This document shows, piece by piece, positions 60,201 to 64,000 of a stretch of DNA of 64,000 nt. The stretch is taken from NCBI RefSeq assembly GCF_964204645.1, contig NC_134033.1, forward strand, positions 8,626,655 to 8,690,654, written 5' to 3'. The notes under the pieces are model-generated. The model made no database searches. It saw only the letters and a list, made by a program, of their open reading frames with translations, and was not told the DNA's origin. The stretch is from Tubulanus polymorphus (lineage: Eukaryota > Animalia > Nemertea). Position 1 is the stretch's first letter; each line of letters starts with the position of its first letter. The translations under genes were made by a program, and so were the position numbers.

Positions 60201-62512
60201 GTGGTCTATAAAAGAACGAAAAAGGGAGTTTCTTTTATGAAGTATCAGCAACGCCTACGTATCTACAAGTTAAGCCAGAACTTTTCTAATTAATTACTTA
60301 CCGAGCTTTATGGTGATTTTATAGTTAATTATATTGTAGCCGTCAGCACAGACTGGTCGCTTCCATTCCAACCAGGTCCGATCGAAACCGACATGAGATG
60401 CACTGAACGCCAACGGCGCTGAGCAGGCATCTGTGGAGATAATGTCACTGTCATCACTCATCGGTGAAAATCCATATTGAGTTACATAGGCAATTTTAAA
60501 GACGTAATTTTTATTTAGATTTAACCCGTCAATACGAGGGGTAAAATACTTCATGTTGACATTGATCTGTTTACTGGTCATCTTATCTGAACCATGGACG
60601 TTATACTCAATACGAAAGGCTATCACACTACGAGGTAACTTTATACGATTGAATGTCACGCTGTCAACAGATGTCTTAAATTTTACTAACTTATCCGGTT
60701 TTGTGGGTATGATGAATTCATCTGCTCTGCCATACTCCATTGCGTGTACTCTCACTGTTTCTTTATTCGACTCCGCCCTATTAATCTTAAGAATATAAGC
60801 TTTGTCGTTGTTGATATTGTCAATCGAGTCTTTATGATTTAGCTTAGCGAATGCAACAAATGCATTTAGTTGTCTCTCAATTTCAATTATAGTTCCCCTG
60901 TCATTATACCACATGTAGTTTACTGCATCAAATTTACCAGTTTCATAAAATGAATTCATCACATTTACCGGTTGTAGAATAGCCAATTCAAGAATAACGA
61001 TAGTCTTTTTGTAGAAGATGCTAGACACGTCCTCTGCCGTATCGAAATCCTGAAGTTTTAAAACATCCCTGGACGAACGTATACTAGGAAAAATTTGTCT
61101 CCTAATGGCATTTACTTCTCTTTCTAGTTCAATTATAACTGGCTGTATGTTTGTACGGCTAAATTTTGAACTCGTCATTTTTTGATGCAAAGTAACCAGG
61201 TCGGTGCCGCCATTTTGTCGTACCTTTGGTAATATTTTCTGCAAATCACTTTGAATATTCAGCATATGGGTGTCAAGTTCTGTCTTCAGTTTGTCTAATA
61301 CACTACGCACTGGTTGAAAAAGACCGGCCACCTCAGATTCAAGCAAATGCAAGACTTTCACAATGGTCTCGTCTAAATCATCTAGTTCTCTGCCAATCTG
61401 ACGTACTTGACTGTCGTCGAGATCCTGATATTTGGCATATTGGTTCCGGCAGATCGAATTGATTGGCTTAAGTCGCATAGTTTTGGCAGATGGATAATTA
61501 CTACTTTCTGCAACTAGGTTTTTGAAAACTGCGATACTTTCATTGAGATTGGACGGCTGACGGTCCAGGACGAATCCACCGTATAGATTTACCGAAATGC
61601 TCTCCTTGAATTCACTTGTTAACTCCCCTACTTCAATATCTGCTGATCCCTCGACACGAAATGAAGGTACTGTTTTGATGGCAACTTTCAAATATCCACC
61701 GACTTGCTTATTCGTTTCGTTTATACCTAACGTCTTCTTGAAGACAAAAACAGCATCAACTCCATAAGTTAATCGAGTAACAATATGCGTCGGTCCTTTC
61801 ATATTACATAAGTCATCATTGTCTCGAGCTGTGTCTGTCGAAAACACCTCTGTTCGTGTCGCTACGTCAAACTTCATGGTAAAACTTTCTTCGTTCGATT
61901 GTTCAACGCGTTCCGTTAAGTAATTGGCACCTCCCGATACGTGCACCCTACCACCTGTAATATGAAGTGCAACTATTCAAAACACGGCATTGTAACTATA
62001 CCTATCAGCTTTTGAAAAGAAAAGGGAAATTAAAACCTTGTTGCAATGATTTGCTAAGTTTGCTGCATACGTATGTATGCATACACAATGAATCGTGAAA
62101 AATTGGACGAATAACGAAATCTTACTCATAAAATCCAATGCCATTTCAGCGCCAATGTCTAATCCAGCAATCCGCTGATATGGAGTTTTCGCATGAAATA
62201 CCTCTCCTCTATTTATATGCGATATAGTTTGTTCAATTTTCCCGTCATTTATTGTGTCTTGATTCCAAAACGATGAAGACAGATAAATTTGTTTTGTTCT
62301 GATATCGTAAGCACAGCCAAGATGAACGGCACGTCCCAAAACTGGCTCATCGACCTCTACTAGTTTCTGACGTGATGATATTTCCTACGAGAATAACATC
62401 ATTTGGAACGCATAGCAAATATAAACATCATCAGTTATATTTAATTGAAATAGTTCTGGCCTACCTTGATCACTGAAAATATCAACGTCAAAATCACTAG
62501 TCTACTTTTCAT
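45210..62512 (-). CDS. Secreted SNTX/VTX-like protein B with 3 FN3 and PAN/apple domains, 909 aa; exons 62512-62465, 62384-62126, 61954-60302, 60205-59814, 59396-59261, 45451-45210
   Basis: Phase-consistent model (2730 nt) with the same intron phases as gene A (0,1,1,0,1). Signal MKSRLVILTLIFSVIK. Motifs PVLGRAVHLGCAYDIR, VHVSGGANYL, PTHIVTRLTYG, LYGG...QPS, MRLKPI, then three FN3. PAN-like last exon DCSPICLRDLSCSGI..CY..FYLKRC. The join across the 13.8-kb last intron is inferred from phase and paralogy. Confidence 0.82.
45814..46291. mobile_element. pogo/Tigger-like MITE (degenerate)
   Basis: CAGTGGAACCCCGTTAATAC ... GTGTCAACGAGGGTTCTACCG|TA. Confidence 0.55.
46822..49248 (+). CDS. Intact hAT transposase, 808 aa
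   Basis: N-terminal zinc finger (AYCFICEK...QH...H). Catalytic D in SYDETP, D in CSDGPNVN, CSLH, SRWL, and E in HGSAEVERGFS. Long charged C-terminal coiled coil. No stops. Confidence 0.93.
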   Translation: MPNRTKFSDSWLIEDDKQGHKINEWCQPVKGDIYKAYCFICEKKLSIDNQGLGQLIQHASKMVHQNNSKIKLNKNQKKLFPVDNTLECESLSDKVLKAEIIWAMYVAVNDYSFLSCNDVCETFRCIFKDPAVINEMTLSNGKVSYTISDGIRIQLTNELMNDIQDCTTGYCVSYDETPNKQKLNQLDIYVGYFSPISKKIETRFIKTIMMGHKTAEMVLGELLGAMNDFNIDLSKIIALCSDGPNVNISTWRKMSAKVIEKGGKMIDVGSCSLHMVHNAFRKGLASFGADIEEFAGDIHTFFKYATRRQDYAVFQRKVGVKENTFLKHVDSRWLTLIPALCRISEQFPALKAYFGDLKKNTKNDDSQSACCKRIQKVLLDVTVPVKIQFILDIGNMFQRYETLFQKREPMIHILYTEMCELMHKILLRFIKPDSLPEKTGAKLLAADIEKCEQLSDACLVVCKLTKDKLAVLDSSKQKLIIKGIRAFYVKIASYLQQKLPLGNNFLRNERCLQPERRSVHRFGLSIKALAVDLPTIIPASQVSTVVDEWKIYSNDLLEDDWYKDSDGIRLRIDKAWEKIFVRQTASGDSKYTVLPKLVMACLTISHGSAEVERGFSANSRTITGSRASLGVEAITGLRMIKDKLKTTGQKPCEMTLSPELLSCCRRSYKNYTERLKKEKEMAEKANKKALEDRKRAEEAKQVETEYENTRKILETRKLELLEVDHSSMESMMTNKQLLMEGNEKLAKAIKEKDLTQIKVAQCMIEVAHNKFDKLEKEMKDNRQRIGEIEKRKRKLNDDHAETMKKLKC
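49524..49727. mobile_element. pogo/Tigger-like MITE with TA TSD
   Basis: TA|CAGTGTAACCTCGATATAACGAAC ... GTTCGTTATAACGAGGTTCCACTG|TA. Confidence 0.85.
50354..50460. repeat. 25-bp tandem repeat, ~4 copies, upstream of the piggyBac ORF
   Basis: Repeated unit GTCAGTGATG(A/C)ATGAGTGACGA(T/C)A. Confidence 0.9.
50541..52441 (+). pseudogene. piggyBac (PGBD4-like) transposase, frameshifted
   Basis: Acidic N-terminus, YFKLIFTDEII..IVNEVNRYA, MSRIRFE, LSMDESMVGYKGR (first catalytic D), VDLHDQ...KWWRKVFF, and C-terminal CKIC. Several frameshifts after 51450. Confidence 0.9.
53544..54769 (+). mobile_element. Complete HINE/DINE-1-like element
   Basis: AACTAG start, ~150-bp tandem core, (GACG/GACA)n microsatellite at ~54703-54722, and a 3' stem-loop TGGGACT-AA-AGTCCCA followed by GGCTAA. 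Same family as 1-3040. Confidence 0.8.
55815..56137. repeat. Small inverted-repeat element (~50-bp arms)
   Basis: GTTACCTGTACGTGACTGTACGGTGAT...CCGTATGTGAG pairs with CTCACGTACGG...ATCACCGTACAGTCACATACGGGTAAT. Confidence 0.65.
57434..58990 (+). pseudogene. 5' remnant of a Polinton-type protein-primed PolB gene (N-terminal region only)
   Basis: MGEKEH...YYCTYCKKYID, IRCDVCDEFIRKRNYERHL, then KISISGKVSFIKSEE|KMEYNIQT (rejoined across the HINE), then IEERYFKGSGFTLN*ILFLDLDIY. This resembles the zinc-finger plus GSGW.L..I..L.I block that precedes the polymerase in many Polinton pPolBs. No catalytic motifs are retained. Confidence 0.55.
58036..58830 (+). mobile_element. HINE/DINE-1-like element (second family)
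   Basis: ~145-bp tandem units with GTGACCTTGACCTTTGACCTA (about 4 copies), a (GGAC/AGAC)n microsatellite at ~58722-58777, and a 3' stem-loop CCCCTCCACAA...TTGTAGGGG. Inserted in an A-run. Confidence 0.8.
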
Positions 62513-64000
62513 CTTGATAAACTATAAAACATTATGGAAATGTCTAAAATAAATGTACACGTGTAACTTGTTATCACAATGAAAACCAAATTTCAACATT
62601 CTCTCTCCGCCGGCATTTGAACCTGGAACCTGAAGACACCGGGGCACACCCAGATAAATTCCAACTTTAAGGAGTGATGGGTTGCTGAAATATAAATGTT
62701 TGAAAAGTGTAAAATCGAAGGAATTTTCATATCGCAGTTAATCTGACACCACGTAGAAAGCGCTGGTGATTACATTATAGAGGCTACACGCTGAATTCAA
62801 CACGCTGTTTTATGTCGATATTCATGATATTCAAAGTTTTAAGTTATCCCCGTTTATTTAATATGCCATGCTTTTTTATGCATGATACATTAGTCAGCAG
62901 GTGTTATGTGTCTCTTAGAGTGGGAAACACTAATCATCTTAGTAGTCGTGTTTAACTTGCCGGCTACTGCGCTACTGTGCCGATTAAAGGTAAAACCAGA
63001 GCCCCATGGAGCTTAACGCGGCAGCTTCACAAATTATAAAATATGGCCAAAAACAGTCTTTCAATGCATTTCGCATTTGGTATGGCGAGATAATACGTAA
63101 CAGGCTATGATGCCGGGCTGTGTAGAAGTATATGTCGCGAGAAACATTAAAACAGTATAAAAAGGGAGTGTTTCTGTACAGTAAGGAAGGGTCGTGGAGG
63201 AGCTAAAGATAAGAGGCTGTAGGTTATGAATGAATGAAGAATTGTATGGAAAGTTGAGGTTAAAGGTCAAGTGCCATCTAAATAGAATATTTTGTATTCT
63301 AAATGTGATATGTGTATAAATGATAAGTGTAATACTTATTTTGATCATAGTAAAGCCATTACTGAGAAATAAGACTTTAAAGTCGGCTATTTTCCCCAGT
63401 TTGCTGTGCACAGTAGGTGCGCGTTTGCTGCGAAAAACCTACGTCGCTGACGTCATTGTAGTCAAACACACATTTCCACGCACGTTGAACCACTGAAGAA
63501 TAACAAACTTTTTGTGCGCTTTATGAATAGCGAAGCTATGGAAAACTAATAGGTTTGATTTAAAACAATGAACCTAGCTTTATTAGATAGATTTTAACAC
63601 AATCCGTGGTGAAATAAGCAGTGTACGTCTGCTATAACCCAACTCATGTCTCTAATCCTGCACCGTATGATCACCATTCGTATCCTTTTAGAAGTTGTTT
63701 CCTAAATTATTTCTACTGTTATACATAACACAACAAACATACAATAGATAGCCAGCAGTAAGTACAGCTGTGAATATAGGGAAGGAATGTGGTTGTTTTG
63801 TAGATTTTTTGACGCCTTATAAAACGTTACCATTATGAAACCTAAACTGTGTTAACCATTCAGCGTCATTTTCAAACAACAACCGTAAATCGATGTGCAA
63901 AACGTCACAGGTCTATGTTTACACATACAAGCTATTTGGCAAAATATTATTGATAAAGTTGTAAAATGGCTTCCTGTGATTATATAATGACCTCTGTTTG

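Overview
Eukaryotic, AT-rich, TE-dense genomic DNA with GT-AG introns, most consistent with an invertebrate animal; the species cannot be determined. I rebuilt three spliced minus-strand host genes by hand with consistent intron phases. (1) A divergent NOX5-like NADPH oxidase (14 coding exons, 7195-24021) whose EF-hand region is reduced and preceded by a long disordered N-terminus. (2, 3) A head-to-tail pair of very divergent paralogous stonustoxin/verrucotoxin (SNTX/VTX)-like pore-forming proteins (28851-41027, 923 aa; 45210-62512, 909 aa). Each has a signal peptide, an SNTX-like core, 3 FN3 domains and a C-terminal PAN/apple domain, with the same 6-exon layout, so they are a candidate secreted two-component cytolysin. 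The window also holds four pieces of a very AT-rich Polinton/adintovirus-like family: 95-2472 (perfect 6-bp TSD), 6587-7035, ~25630-27984 (penton pseudogene) and 57356-59231 (5/6 TSD, pPolB-like 5' remnant). Across these pieces I see AGTAAT termini, fold-back hairpin ends, TAAATG gene starts and a cassette of small orphan genes. The rest is an intact hAT transposase ORF, decayed hAT, piggyBac and EnSpm transposases, Helentron/HINE-type elements, MITEs and microsatellites. All family assignments come from motif recognition by eye; no searches were run.
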